A stretch of DNA of 64,000 bases. Source: a virus. The notes beneath the pieces are model-generated. The model was given only the letters and a program-made list of their open reading frames with translations. It searched no databases and was not told where the DNA came from. Position 1 is the first letter of the stretch. Each line of letters begins with the position of its first letter. Made by a program: the position numbers and the translations under genes. This document shows, piece after piece, positions 36,515-45,899 of this stretch. Location: the IMG/VR virus record IMGVR_UViG_3300045988_073070; one strand, 5' to 3'.

Positions 36515-38005
36515 ATGAAACCGAGTAAATATCAAGAAGCGATTTACAAAACATTCAAATTAACCAAGCGAGACATTAACATCTCAGCCGTTGCGGGTTC
36601 AGGGAAAACAACCGTATTATTGGAGCTATTGAAGTATGTTCCTGACGGGGCAAGTTCTCTGTTCCTTGCTTTTAACAATTCAATCATTGACGAGTTAAAA
36701 GACCGTAACACCCGAAGGGATGCCGAGATAATGACGATACATTCTTGCGGTTGGCGTTCTATTCTTTGTAGATATGGAAGCCGAGCAAAATTGAATCCGA
36801 ATAAGGGAATTGCTAAAACGGAACAAGTTTTGAAGAAATTCAAAGACGAGATTGGAGATAAGCAACGTGGGTGGTTTTTCTTTATCATTCCGAAGCTCCT
36901 TGACTTGTTGCGTTGTAACCTTTTGGAAAACGAGAAGGAATCATTTGAATGGATTGCCGAGCATTATGACTTCAATATATCGGAAATTGAAATCAAAATA
37001 GCTATCGAAGTATTCAAGCTCATGCAGAAGGACAAAGGTCAATTTGACTTTATGGATATGATTTATCAACCCGTTGTTGATGCGTCAATCCGATTCCGAA
37101 AGTTTGATTTTGTACTTTGCGATGAAAGCCAAGACTTTTCAGTTTGCCAACACGAGTTTATAAAGCGTTGTTTGAATCGAAAAGGCAGACTTATAACGGT
37201 TGGAGATAGGAGACAAGCAATATATGGTTTTGCGGGAGCTGATGCGGAATCGTATGATAAGTTAGCAGAGATAAACGGAAAGGCAATCAAGTTACCACTT
37301 TCAGTATCGTACCGTTGCGCCAAATCAATAGTCCGAGAAGCCCAAAAGATAGTTCCTGAAATCTCTTATGCTCCGCACGCTATCGAAGGAGAAGTGAGAG
37401 ATGGAAGCCTTTTGGAATTGGACTATGGAGATTGGATTCTTTGTCGTAATTTGAAGCCGTTGGTTCAAACCTACCTTTGGTTGATGAAGAATAAAATCAA
37501 GTCAAAGATTCGAGGCAAGGAAATCGGAGAAGGGATATTGGCGTTGATTAGCAAAACAGGCGGTAAAACGATTGACGGATTGTTAAGAAATCTTGATTTG
37601 GAAAAGGAGAAACTTCACAACAAGCTAAAACAAAGAGGGGTAAAACGACCGAGCTTGCACCCGAAGATGGAAGTGTTGATGCAAAAGATAGAAGTTATCG
37701 AATGTCTGTGTGAAGAAGTAGATACTGTTAAGGACTTGAGAAATTTGATTAGCAATATTTTCTCTGACGAGGTTAAAGGAATACTGTTAAGCACTATACA
37801 TAAGGCGAAAGGATTGGAAAATGATAAAATATTCTTTCTTTCGCCAGAGTTAATTCCAAGTAAGTACGCAACCCAGCCGTGGCAGTATGAACAAGAACAA
37901 AATCTCAAGTATGTAGCAATAACAAGAGCCAAAAGTTCATTAGTGTACGTATGGGGAAACGTGTTTACAAAAGATATACAACAACGAATTAAATTATCAA
38001 GATAA
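36515..38005 (+). CDS. UvrD/Rep/PcrA-family SF1 helicase
   Basis: Motif I 'AVAGSGKTTVLLE', II 'VLCDESQDF', III 'VGDRRQAIYGFAGAD', IV 'SYRC', V 'STIHKAKGLE' and VI 'YVAITRAKSSL'. Confidence 0.9.
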   Translation: MKPSKYQEAIYKTFKLTKRDINISAVAGSGKTTVLLELLKYVPDGASSLFLAFNNSIIDELKDRNTRRDAEIMTIHSCGWRSILCRYGSRAKLNPNKGIAKTEQVLKKFKDEIGDKQRGWFFFIIPKLLDLLRCNLLENEKESFEWIAEHYDFNISEIEIKIAIEVFKLMQKDKGQFDFMDMIYQPVVDASIRFRKFDFVLCDESQDFSVCQHEFIKRCLNRKGRLITVGDRRQAIYGFAGADAESYDKLAEINGKAIKLPLSVSYRCAKSIVREAQKIVPEISYAPHAIEGEVRDGSLLELDYGDWILCRNLKPLVQTYLWLMKNKIKSKIRGKEIGEGILALISKTGGKTIDGLLRNLDLEKEKLHNKLKQRGVKRPSLHPKMEVLMQKIEVIECLCEEVDTVKDLRNLISNIFSDEVKGILLSTIHKAKGLENDKIFFLSPELIPSKYATQPWQYEQEQNLKYVAITRAKSSLVYVWGNVFTKDIQQRIKLSR

Positions 38006-38148
38006 TGGAAGACATAAAGAAGAAAGTTCAAGACGATGAATTGAACATAGAGAAGGGGCAAGACCTTCACAATCAACCGAGAAAGTTCATACCAGTTCCC
38101 AAAGTTAAATCTGAAAAGGATAAAGACAAGAAAGAACAAAAGAAATGA
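38005..38148 (+). CDS. small Lys-rich ORF (47 aa), not in the ORF track
   Basis: Read by hand: MEDIKKKVQDDELNIEKGQDLHNQPRKFIPVPKVKSEKDKDKKEQKK. It has a TAATG overlap with the helicase stop and fills the gap up to 38152. Confidence 0.35.
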   Translation: MEDIKKKVQDDELNIEKGQDLHNQPRKFIPVPKVKSEKDKDKKEQKK

Positions 38149-38151
38149 TTT

Positions 38152-38526
38152 ATGGATAAACAACGGTTTTTCTTATTCCGAAGAAAGCGAGAGGACTATG
38201 ATGGATATTATTACATTCAGCATATGACGTCTCCGAGCCATGACGGTGGGTTATCCAATTCATGCTGGCCAGAATTTGCTTGGCGTGGGCAAACTGCTTT
38301 GGAAGTAGAAAAGATGAAGTATATGATTAGCATCTCAAATTATAAAGATAAGGTTTGGGAGCTGGTTGAATACGAAATGGATAGTGACACGCCATCTTGG
38401 GCAATACAACCCGAAAAGATTGATTATGTAAACCACTTCAACGGTTTGCGTGAATTAACTCCGAAGGAGAAGGAAGATTTGGAAGTTTTCAAAATTAAAG
38501 CATTGGAGCGATATGGAAAAAGATAG
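38152..38526 (+). CDS. hypothetical protein
   Basis: 124-aa ORF that overlaps the next gene. Confidence 0.55.
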   Translation: MDKQRFFLFRRKREDYDGYYYIQHMTSPSHDGGLSNSCWPEFAWRGQTALEVEKMKYMISISNYKDKVWELVEYEMDSDTPSWAIQPEKIDYVNHFNGLRELTPKEKEDLEVFKIKALERYGKR

Positions 38527-38926
38527 ACTATATTTTTACAAGACAAACACCTACAAGATTATTGGTGAATGTCATATGAAGGATTCTGAAAAGAATTGGA
38601 TTGAAGCGGTACGATATGTTGATATCAATTCCGATTACAAAGGAGAGTTCGTCAGAGCGAAAGAACAATTTGAGAATCGGTTTATTCCAGCTGTTCTTCG
38701 GGTTGGTGATAAAGTTATGATTATATCCCACGGCAAGTTCGTAGGAGTTACCGAAGTGGTTGATGAAATGGAAGAGTTCGTATCATTGAAACAATCTATC
38801 GGGGATGCTCCGAAAACCTTAACAAAAGAGGTGAACAAACAAGGTTACATCATGATGCATCATCATTGGGAATTTTACATATACAACGAAACAACTTGCA
38901 ATGCGAGACAGATAGAGTTCAAATGA
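38513..38926 (+). CDS. hypothetical protein with DUF1653-like N-terminus
   Basis: 'YFYKTNTYKIIGECHMKDSEKNWIEAVRYVDI...EFVRAKEQFENRF' follows the DUF1653 pattern (Y+HYKG..Y.v...a.h.e....vvY......vRp...F) as I recall it. Confidence 0.55.
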   Translation: MEKDRLYFYKTNTYKIIGECHMKDSEKNWIEAVRYVDINSDYKGEFVRAKEQFENRFIPAVLRVGDKVMIISHGKFVGVTEVVDEMEEFVSLKQSIGDAPKTLTKEVNKQGYIMMHHHWEFYIYNETTCNARQIEFK

Positions 38927-38971
38927 TACGTTTTTTTATTGGGGGGCATTTGATTGTCCATTGTTCAAGAT

Positions 38972-39005
38972 GGAGTGGCTTGTAAAAGTCGCTCCTTTTT
39001 ATTTT
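38972..39005 (+). terminator. intrinsic terminator (same conserved family as 22772)
   Basis: GGAGTGGC (38972-38979), loop TTGTAAAA, GTCGCTCC (38988-38995), then TTTTTATTTT. Confidence 0.75.
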
Positions 39006-39043
39006 CCAAGGTTATTAACAATATCAATGTAAATTATAAGAAC

Positions 39044-39451
39044 ATGAAACGTAGAACGAATACACCTGAACGCTTATTGGCGTTGCGAAAAAATGAAATC
39101 TTTGTCTTTGGCTCTAATATGGGCGGCAGACACTTCGGTGGAGCAGCTAATTTAGCATATAAGTCATTTGGAGCTGAATGGGGCGTTGGAGAAGGCTTAA
39201 CAGGACGGAGCTATGCAATTCCCACTCTGACGAGAGAAGGGCAGAAAATGATGCTGGAAGCTATCGGAACGAGCATTGTACGAATGTATATGGAAGCGAA
39301 GGCAAACCCTGAACTTGATTTTGTCGTTACCAAGATAGGTTGCGGCATAGCAGGATTTGAGGAAGATGAAATCATTCCCCTATTCCGAGAAGCAGAGAGA
39401 GTTGTTGGTAAATTGGAAAACGTAATACTACCAAAGGGATGGGAAAGTTGA
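39044..39451 (+). CDS. conserved hypothetical protein ('FVFGSN...GAA...SYAIPT' family)
   Basis: 'NEIFVFGSNMGGRHFGGAANLAYKSFGAEWGVGEGLTGRSYAIPT' looks like a recurrent uncharacterised phage/bacterial family with a Rossmann-like feel. I cannot name the family with confidence. I chose the ATG at 39044, downstream of the terminator. Confidence 0.6.
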   Translation: MKRRTNTPERLLALRKNEIFVFGSNMGGRHFGGAANLAYKSFGAEWGVGEGLTGRSYAIPTLTREGQKMMLEAIGTSIVRMYMEAKANPELDFVVTKIGCGIAGFEEDEIIPLFREAERVVGKLENVILPKGWES

Positions 39452-40932
39452 AAGGCAAAAAGATTCCGAGAAAGCTCAAGAAGGAGTTTTGGAAGATAGA
39501 AAGTTGGCAAGTTCAAGCTCCTATGCACCGAAGCGGATTCCATACTGACCCGCACGGCAGAGGTGATTCACGTTGGGACTTTTGTTCTTTTATAACAAGA
39601 GAGACTTTGAAACTAAAAGACGGTGTTAAGGTGAACAAATGGACACGAAGGCTTATCAGACGTTTGTATAATGAGAAGCTCAAAGGACACCGATACTTTG
39701 CGGAGAAGATTATGAAGAATGATTGGAGTCATCCAAATTTCCCTGACGAATATTACCAAAAGATGGTACGTTCAAAAACTTCTGAAGAGTTCCGAAGGGA
39801 ATATTTGAATGAGCCTATCCCAGATAACAATGCTGTTTTCAAAGGACTTCCTGAACTTGGTAAGTATTCCAAAGTAAGACAATTGGACAACGGACTCAAA
39901 CCAGGGTTCATTATAATTGATGATATGGACGATTCTATGCCTAATTTCCGTACCAAGCAAGAAGAAATGGAATGGATAGAGCGTATGAAGTTATGGCATA
40001 GCGCAATGATTCAACCTGACGTTAACGGAGAATGTTTTGCTCCAAAAGCCGTATTGAAAATCAAAGAAGGAGCTATCAGCCCAGAGAAGTTGGAAGAGTT
40101 CAAACAGGAATGGAACAAACAAATGCAATCGGGTATGCCTTTGACTCTTGGAGATGAAGCGACCGTTGAATTCATTCCGAGTAAAAGACCGCACCGACTT
40201 CATAATCATCCAAGAAAAGAAATGGAACTTTGCGCTGAAGATGAAGTTATTGTTGATATAGAGTTTATAAGGGAGTTTTGTTGGTATAGACCTTTGATTG
40301 ACGGAGCTACTGGAAGATATGACGACAAACACGTAATAGTACGCAAGAATGAATACCGAGCAAAGGTTGAAGGCTCAAGAGAGAGAGAGACCAGAATATT
40401 GACAACATACCGTAAAAAGAAGCGTTATGTTGAAGAGGTATTCTCAATGCTTTCCGAGTCATATCAGAACGTTGAAGGTGGACTTCTTTACCGAAGTGGT
40501 GAAGAGTTGCTTAGCAAGCAGAATAATGTTTGGAAATTGCTCTTTAATTCCGATAGTGAACGACCGCAGGTGATAATAATATGGAAAGATACGGAATTTG
40601 GTAGAAAGATGACCGCTTGCGGATGTACCCAAACCAAAGTATCAAAACAGATGTTACTTGAAGAACTTCACCGAGATTTGGAGCGAGGGAATATATGGGC
40701 AGAGGTATCGGATAAGATTGAGCATTGGTTAAATCGTTGCGATGTTCCAAGACTACCTTTCAGAGTTGCCCAAGAGTTATTAAAAGACAAGCATCTCATA
40801 CCCTTGGGGGATGGTTATCATTATACGAGAAAAATCCAAGGATTCAGAAAACAAAAGATAATATTTGGGAAAATTAATGAAAAAGCGTATCAACAAAGGA
40901 AATCCGATTCACGGGTTGGAAAAGATTCCTGA
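39439..40932 (+). CDS. hypothetical protein (497 aa)
   Basis: Long ORF with no diagnostic motif set. See the rejected note on 'EFRREYLNEP'. Confidence 0.65.
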   Translation: MGKLKGKKIPRKLKKEFWKIESWQVQAPMHRSGFHTDPHGRGDSRWDFCSFITRETLKLKDGVKVNKWTRRLIRRLYNEKLKGHRYFAEKIMKNDWSHPNFPDEYYQKMVRSKTSEEFRREYLNEPIPDNNAVFKGLPELGKYSKVRQLDNGLKPGFIIIDDMDDSMPNFRTKQEEMEWIERMKLWHSAMIQPDVNGECFAPKAVLKIKEGAISPEKLEEFKQEWNKQMQSGMPLTLGDEATVEFIPSKRPHRLHNHPRKEMELCAEDEVIVDIEFIREFCWYRPLIDGATGRYDDKHVIVRKNEYRAKVEGSRERETRILTTYRKKKRYVEEVFSMLSESYQNVEGGLLYRSGEELLSKQNNVWKLLFNSDSERPQVIIIWKDTEFGRKMTACGCTQTKVSKQMLLEELHRDLERGNIWAEVSDKIEHWLNRCDVPRLPFRVAQELLKDKHLIPLGDGYHYTRKIQGFRKQKIIFGKINEKAYQQRKSDSRVGKDS

Positions 40933-41515
40933 TTCAGAATTGTTAAAAATATCACAACAAGAAGTAGGGCAGTGGAAATCATACGCCCAAGAACTTGAAG
41001 ACAAAGTAACGGAGCTTGAACTAAAGTTAGCGGAGAAAGAAGAAGCCTACAAGCTGACCGAAGAAGATAAACGAGCCGTAACAATGAAGCTCCGAGAAGA
41101 TGAGATTTGGAACAATACCAAAGCGCAAGTGAAATCCTTACAAGAGCGTATAAAGAAAGTTGAAAAGACAAACAAAGAATACATAGCAAGGATATGCCAA
41201 TTGTCCCAAGAAAAGAAAATTGATAGAAGCAAAGAATATCTACTTTGCGCAGCTATCCGAAGAAAAGAGGAAAGGGATTGCCCGAAAGTATATTGGGAAC
41301 AATTCCGAGATATATACAAAATAGAGCTTGGTTGGCGTCATCCAGACATTCTTCATAGATTTATTGGAGAAGTAACAAAAGACCCAGATGACCAAGGATT
41401 CTACACTTCCAAAGGAAGGTTTGTGACGAGAGAAGAAGGACTGATAATAGCAAGAGCCGCAGGACAGGTTGGAGATATTATCGGTGGAGTTCTAACAAGT
41501 GAAGATTTATATTGA
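40877..41515 (+). CDS. hypothetical protein, N-terminal coiled coil + conserved C-terminal domain
   Basis: ATG at 40877; the track start at 40865 is a TTG. The C-terminal 'GFYTSKGRFVTREEGLIIARAAGQV...LTSEDLY' looks like a recurrent phage domain of unknown function. Confidence 0.6.
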   Translation: MKKRINKGNPIHGLEKIPDSELLKISQQEVGQWKSYAQELEDKVTELELKLAEKEEAYKLTEEDKRAVTMKLREDEIWNNTKAQVKSLQERIKKVEKTNKEYIARICQLSQEKKIDRSKEYLLCAAIRRKEERDCPKVYWEQFRDIYKIELGWRHPDILHRFIGEVTKDPDDQGFYTSKGRFVTREEGLIIARAAGQVGDIIGGVLTSEDLY

Positions 41516-41517
41516 TT

Positions 41518-42003
41518 ATGGACGGGAAAGCAAAAGACGAATTTTTCAAACGAGGTTATGGTTTGGAAATGGAAGACAAGCAAAAAGGAACGAGAATGAG
41601 GGCATACTTCCCAGAAGAACTACGAGCGTTTGAGCAAGATTACAATAACAATCGTATCGTGATAGGTTGTTCGGTTTGCGGACGGGATTTTGTAATCAAA
41701 AAGAACGCAAAAGGAAAACGACCGAAGTTTTGTCCAGATTGCAGAGAGAAGCGCAAGAAGTTGGCATCCAAGAAATACTTTGACTCAATTAAGGTATCGG
41801 GCAAATACACCGAAGATAAAGCCGAGTTATTGAAGATGTTCTATGTAATGCGTAGCTACGACAAAAAGATACAAAAGATTTTGAAGGAAGCAGTTCACAT
41901 AGAGAACAGACCGATATTGAAAGCGGTTGCCCGTATATTACAAATATTCTTGAATCGTTTCCAAAAGTATTTGGGAGAGGAACAAATAAATTTGATAAAA
42001 TGA
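41518..42003 (+). CDS. zinc-ribbon, Lys/Arg-rich protein (probable nucleic-acid binding)
   Basis: 'CSVCGRDF...FCPDCREKRKK'. ATG at 41518. Confidence 0.6.
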   Translation: MDGKAKDEFFKRGYGLEMEDKQKGTRMRAYFPEELRAFEQDYNNNRIVIGCSVCGRDFVIKKNAKGKRPKFCPDCREKRKKLASKKYFDSIKVSGKYTEDKAELLKMFYVMRSYDKKIQKILKEAVHIENRPILKAVARILQIFLNRFQKYLGEEQINLIK

Positions 42004-42161
42004 AAAAGGAAGATGAAGAATTATTAGCAAAATCGGGGTGGGTAGTGGAATGCGAGTCACCTCTTGAAATAAGACACGAGGATGGAAGTTTCGCTACAAT
42101 GCAAGCAGCCGAAATGGTTTTGTCAGTATTACAAGAAGAAGATTCAATTGTTTGGAAATAG
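42000..42161 (+). CDS. small ORF (53 aa), not in the ORF track
   Basis: Read by hand: MKKEDEELLAKSGWVVECESPLEIRHEDGSFATMQAAEMVLSVLQEEDSIVWK. ATGA overlap with the upstream stop. Confidence 0.4.
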   Translation: MKKEDEELLAKSGWVVECESPLEIRHEDGSFATMQAAEMVLSVLQEEDSIVWK

Positions 42162-42163
42162 TT

Positions 42164-42418
42164 ATGACCGAAAAAGCATTAAAGAAACTCATCAAAGGTT
42201 ACGACCAAGAAGCGGTGCTCAAGAAGGATTCCCTGACCGAGTTCCGCATCTTTCTTTATTCAAAAAAGAAACGCTATCCGATTACAAACGCAATAGACAA
42301 AAAGGAAGATTGGAAGATAACAAGAATATCCGAGTATGACCCAATAGACGAAACCAAACCCAAGATTGTCATTTCCCTACAGCGTTTGTATTTGAAGAAA
42401 GAACGCAGGAAAGTATAA
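42164..42418 (+). CDS. hypothetical protein
   Basis: ATG at 42164 (MTEKALKK...), 3 nt after the previous stop. Confidence 0.5.
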   Translation: MTEKALKKLIKGYDQEAVLKKDSLTEFRIFLYSKKKRYPITNAIDKKEDWKITRISEYDPIDETKPKIVISLQRLYLKKERRKV

Positions 42419-42489
42419 AGAAATGCAATTAAATACAATACAAGTACAAGTATTAAGAAGGAGTATTGTAAAATCAAATTGTAAAATGT

Positions 42490-43728
42490 ATGGAAGAAAG
42501 TAAAAGAATACCTATCCCAGAGGACGTTGTAAACCCAAAAGAATATCTCAAATGGTATGCCTTAAATAAGCATCCATTATTGAGGAATCCTTACCAAACG
42601 ACTTCGGATGGGGAAGAAGTAAACATAGCAATGTTACCTCATAGGCTCAAGAAAGCTATTGAGCATTTGTCTCCCAAAGAACAAGAAGATTTGCTAAATC
42701 TCAAGAAGCAGTGGATTGGACTAAATTCCAAAAGAAACGTAGCAAAGGCGATGGCGTATGGAAGAATGGGTTGTTTGGGCGGTAAGAAACCCGAAGAAGT
42801 ACGTGTAATGAAACTCACTCCTTTTGAGGAAGATATTATGGAGCTTCTTGGACGTATGTTTACCATTCCCGAAGTAGTAAAGATTCTTGGAGAGGATAAT
42901 GGGATTGTGATAGACGAGGACGATGTAAAGAAAGTTTTGAAGCGTAATATTGTAGAGATAGAGCGAAAGCGTGAAGAGTATCGCAATAAGATTACGGATG
43001 TCAGACTTTATAACAAACGCCCAAGACTTGACGAGTTGGGTTGGATGTATAGTAAAATGAAAGCAAGATATATTGCGCTGAACTCTATTGACGCATACAA
43101 CGCAATGCTACGAACGCTTGAGCAAATTCGCAAAGAATCCGAAGGAGACATTTTGAACATCAACGGAGTTCTTGACGTAAATATCGAAGTCCAAATACAA
43201 AATCATATCCAAAAGGAAATTCTCAAAACTATCAATCTAAAAGAGATTATATTGGGACGTGTAGCGGCAAGGATGAACTTCAGCTTACCAAAATTGATTG
43301 CTGGGTTACATAATTCTTATTACGCAAAATTCGTTGATATATCGGGAGACTACGATGCGGATGCTGAAATGATATATCCTTCAACTATGGCTTATGACTT
43401 CACCGCTATTGAACGACAATCGGGCAGAGAGGTACAAGACATAAAAGCAGAGGATGTAACCGAGCAAGAGAAGTCCTCAGCAGAACGTACCAAAGAGATG
43501 TTCTTGAAGAAGATTCGGAAGCAAAAAGAGGATTTGGAAAAACGCAATGCCGCTTTCGATGCAGAGGCAGAGATAGCAAAAGAAAAGATGAGCGAAGATA
43601 TATATGAACCTGTAAAGCGAGGAAAGGGCAGAGCAAAGGATAAAACACCACCTTCCAAAGAGAAGCGGAGTGGGGCAAGGTTTAAAAACAGAGACTACTA
43701 TACAGGTGAATCTAAAAAGAAGAAATAA
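42490..43728 (+). CDS. hypothetical protein (412 aa), helix-rich with basic C-terminus
   Basis: Preceded by the tandem motif 'ATTGTAAAATCAAATTGTAAAATGT'. Possible HTH around 'FTIPEVVKILGEDNG'. Confidence 0.65.
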   Translation: MEESKRIPIPEDVVNPKEYLKWYALNKHPLLRNPYQTTSDGEEVNIAMLPHRLKKAIEHLSPKEQEDLLNLKKQWIGLNSKRNVAKAMAYGRMGCLGGKKPEEVRVMKLTPFEEDIMELLGRMFTIPEVVKILGEDNGIVIDEDDVKKVLKRNIVEIERKREEYRNKITDVRLYNKRPRLDELGWMYSKMKARYIALNSIDAYNAMLRTLEQIRKESEGDILNINGVLDVNIEVQIQNHIQKEILKTINLKEIILGRVAARMNFSLPKLIAGLHNSYYAKFVDISGDYDADAEMIYPSTMAYDFTAIERQSGREVQDIKAEDVTEQEKSSAERTKEMFLKKIRKQKEDLEKRNAAFDAEAEIAKEKMSEDIYEPVKRGKGRAKDKTPPSKEKRSGARFKNRDYYTGESKKKK

Positions 43729-43934
43729 TGGACTTACAAGAATTTATCAAACAAAACATTCCCAACGTAGAAAGTAGGGAAGATTTTAAGCAATATGTTT
43801 CTTTGAAAGAATGTCTTGCCGATGATAGTTTGTATGACCGCAAACAAGCAGCCGAACATTTTGAGAAATTTCTTGAATTGAAAGATAAGCTGTTTGATGA
43901 ATCAATCGGGAATTATTTGAAGAAAAGACAATGA
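43728..43934 (+). CDS. hypothetical small protein
   Basis: 68-aa ORF with TAATG overlap. Confidence 0.5.
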   Translation: MDLQEFIKQNIPNVESREDFKQYVSLKECLADDSLYDRKQAAEHFEKFLELKDKLFDESIGNYLKKRQ

Positions 43935-44152
43935 CAAATGAATCAAATAAAATCTACCAAACGAAACTTGAAGAAGCAAATAATGTTTTGTATAAGGTAG
44001 TAGATGATTTACAAAAAGAAGGAAGGAGCTTGAGAGAAATCGGAAAGCTCCTTTCAATTAAGAGAGCTGACTTGCTCAAGATTCTTCACCGAGACGTTGG
44101 TAATTTGTCTTATTCGGCAATATTACGCATTCAAAGTTCTTTATCAAAATGA
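43931..44152 (+). CDS. small helix-turn-helix protein
   Basis: 'GRSLREIGKLLSIKRADLLKIL' is an HTH-like segment. ATGA overlap. Confidence 0.55.
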   Translation: MTNESNKIYQTKLEEANNVLYKVVDDLQKEGRSLREIGKLLSIKRADLLKILHRDVGNLSYSAILRIQSSLSK

Positions 44153-44733
44153 TTGATATGAAAACATTAGAATTAAGCCAAGAAGAACTTTACCAGTTAA
44201 TGATATCACTCAGTCCTCATACGGAGCTTGACGGGTATCGGGAATTACAAAACAAGATACGCAAAGCAATGGGCTTTCCCGTAGGTTTTGAATATGACCA
44301 AAGCTATGATAACGTAGCAAGGTTGATGATGGAAGCAATGCAATACGATAACGGAATGTGCGACCGTTACAACCGTGAAACCTATCCTGACAAATGGGTT
44401 GAACTTATTCGACAAGCAGCTGAGAAGTTCTTCCAGTTCAATACCGAATTGCTCAACGAAGAAACTATTGAAGAAATAGGAACAGGTGGAGAGGAAACCG
44501 AGATGGAAGAAAAGTATGGTCACATTGAAGGTTGGAAAGAATTGAACCGAGTTCTTGGTCATTACTTCGACCACTACCCAGAGGAAGATGAATATCAAGG
44601 TGATTGGGAGTTGTACGATTATAAGTGTCGTCAAAAGCCTGATTGGATATACCGTTGTAAGAAGTGCGGTTGTACGAAGGTAGGAGAAAAGCCTCAAGTT
44701 TGCGATTGCGATAAAATAGAATTGGTAAAATGA
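44149..44733 (+). CDS. acidic protein with C-terminal zinc ribbon
   Basis: 'CRQKPDWIYRCKKCGCTKVGEKPQVCDC'. 194 aa. Confidence 0.6.
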   Translation: MIDMKTLELSQEELYQLMISLSPHTELDGYRELQNKIRKAMGFPVGFEYDQSYDNVARLMMEAMQYDNGMCDRYNRETYPDKWVELIRQAAEKFFQFNTELLNEETIEEIGTGGEETEMEEKYGHIEGWKELNRVLGHYFDHYPEEDEYQGDWELYDYKCRQKPDWIYRCKKCGCTKVGEKPQVCDCDKIELVK

Positions 44734-45134
44734 GGATTCTTTGCGTGCTACAAAACGCTTGGGGTGATAGACAACTTCCAATAGTCTTTTGCCCCAATCC
44801 TTTTAATAAGAGTGCGAAGGTTATACGGAAAATGGTAGGTGATAATTATTATGACTTTTCCAATACTACTGACGTTGTTACAAGTAGTCCGAAGGGTAAA
44901 CCTTCACCGAACTATGAACACTTCAGAAAAGTCATGGATATGATGCCTAAATATGATTTGATATTAGTCTGCGGAAGGCAAGCCGAAGAAACGGTGAGAA
45001 AGTTCCAAGACGAGATAAGACAAATTGGTAAGCCAATCATATTCGTACCTCACCCAGCCGCAAGAAATCTTACCAATAAGAGAATAGCAAAGATTAACCG
45101 AGTTATACAAATTGTAAATAAGATTGTAAAATGA
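44730..45134 (+). CDS. hypothetical protein
   Basis: 134-aa ORF with ATGA overlaps on both sides. Confidence 0.6.
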   Translation: MRILCVLQNAWGDRQLPIVFCPNPFNKSAKVIRKMVGDNYYDFSNTTDVVTSSPKGKPSPNYEHFRKVMDMMPKYDLILVCGRQAEETVRKFQDEIRQIGKPIIFVPHPAARNLTNKRIAKINRVIQIVNKIVK

Positions 45135-45346
45135 GTAACAAAGTAAATATAGCAAGACCGATTCTTGACGACCTTCAGCGTATGATGAATGAAGGTATCT
45201 CTGTACCGAGTTCCGTTGAGCTTTGGCGTAGTAAGCACCATATAAAAGCCGAAGATTGGTTGCGTTGGGCTCAAGATAACAAAGAGTATTTTCAAGGCAT
45301 GATTCGTCAAGAACTTGCTTATAAACGTTCAAACAAATATGGCTAA
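45131..45346 (+). CDS. hypothetical small protein
   Basis: 71 aa. The start is preceded by 'CAAATTGTAAATAAGATTGTAAA', which lies inside the upstream gene. Confidence 0.5.
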   Translation: MSNKVNIARPILDDLQRMMNEGISVPSSVELWRSKHHIKAEDWLRWAQDNKEYFQGMIRQELAYKRSNKYG

Positions 45347-45379
45347 AACGAAGGTTGAGAGAGAGAGAGTCAGAATACC

Positions 45380-45868
45380 ATGGAGCAAGAAATAGCAGCA
45401 TTGTATGAACGTTTGTTACGTCAAGCCAAGTTCTACTATCCGAGAAGTACGGATGACGCATATGACCTTTGTAATGATACGATGGTAAAGATGCTAACTA
45501 ACCAAGACAAATTCCAAGAAGGTACAAACTTATACGGTTGGGCGTGTATGATTATGCGCAATCTCTTTATCAACGATTATCGAAGGACTTCCAGACAAGG
45601 CTTTGTAATGGAAAGCGAACAAGAAGGTGCGGATGTATTTGGACGGCTTGAACTCTTTGCTCCTGATACGGACGATTATTCAAGAGAATTGGACATACGG
45701 GAAGCAATTGATGCACTACCAGAAAACGAGCGTGTTTGTATTAACTATTTGATTTGCGGTTATTCCTACGAACGAATGGCAGAGATATTTGAAGTACCAA
45801 TCGGAACGGTCAAAAGCCGTATTCATTTAGCAAGAAAGAAGTTACAAAAAGTCTTGACGAGATATTAA
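45380..45868 (+). CDS. ECF-type sigma-70 family RNA polymerase sigma factor
   Basis: Region 2: 'AYDLCNDTMVKML...FQEGTNLYGWACMIMRNLFINDYRR'. Region 4: 'LPENERVCINYLICGYSYERMAEIFEVPIGTVKSRIHLARKKL'. Confidence 0.9.
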   Translation: MEQEIAALYERLLRQAKFYYPRSTDDAYDLCNDTMVKMLTNQDKFQEGTNLYGWACMIMRNLFINDYRRTSRQGFVMESEQEGADVFGRLELFAPDTDDYSRELDIREAIDALPENERVCINYLICGYSYERMAEIFEVPIGTVKSRIHLARKKLQKVLTRY

Positions 45869-45899
45869 CAAAGTTTCTTACCAAAAGAAAGGAGTTGTT

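Noticed and set aside
39439-40932. 'SEEFRREYLNEPIPD' resembling the F-x-x-E-Y-L motif of terminase large subunits, suggesting a second or split terminase.
   Set aside because: No Walker A/B ATPase or RNaseH-like nuclease motifs accompany it. A complete TerL is present at 60634-62310 with its own equivalent block ('IFSRENLCRPI').
44730-45134. 'IIFVPHPAARN' suggesting a uracil-DNA-glycosylase-superfamily protein.
   Set aside because: Only the C-terminal HP(S/A)-like fragment resembles UDG family motifs. The N-terminal catalytic motif (GE.PG-type) is absent, so the evidence is too weak to call.
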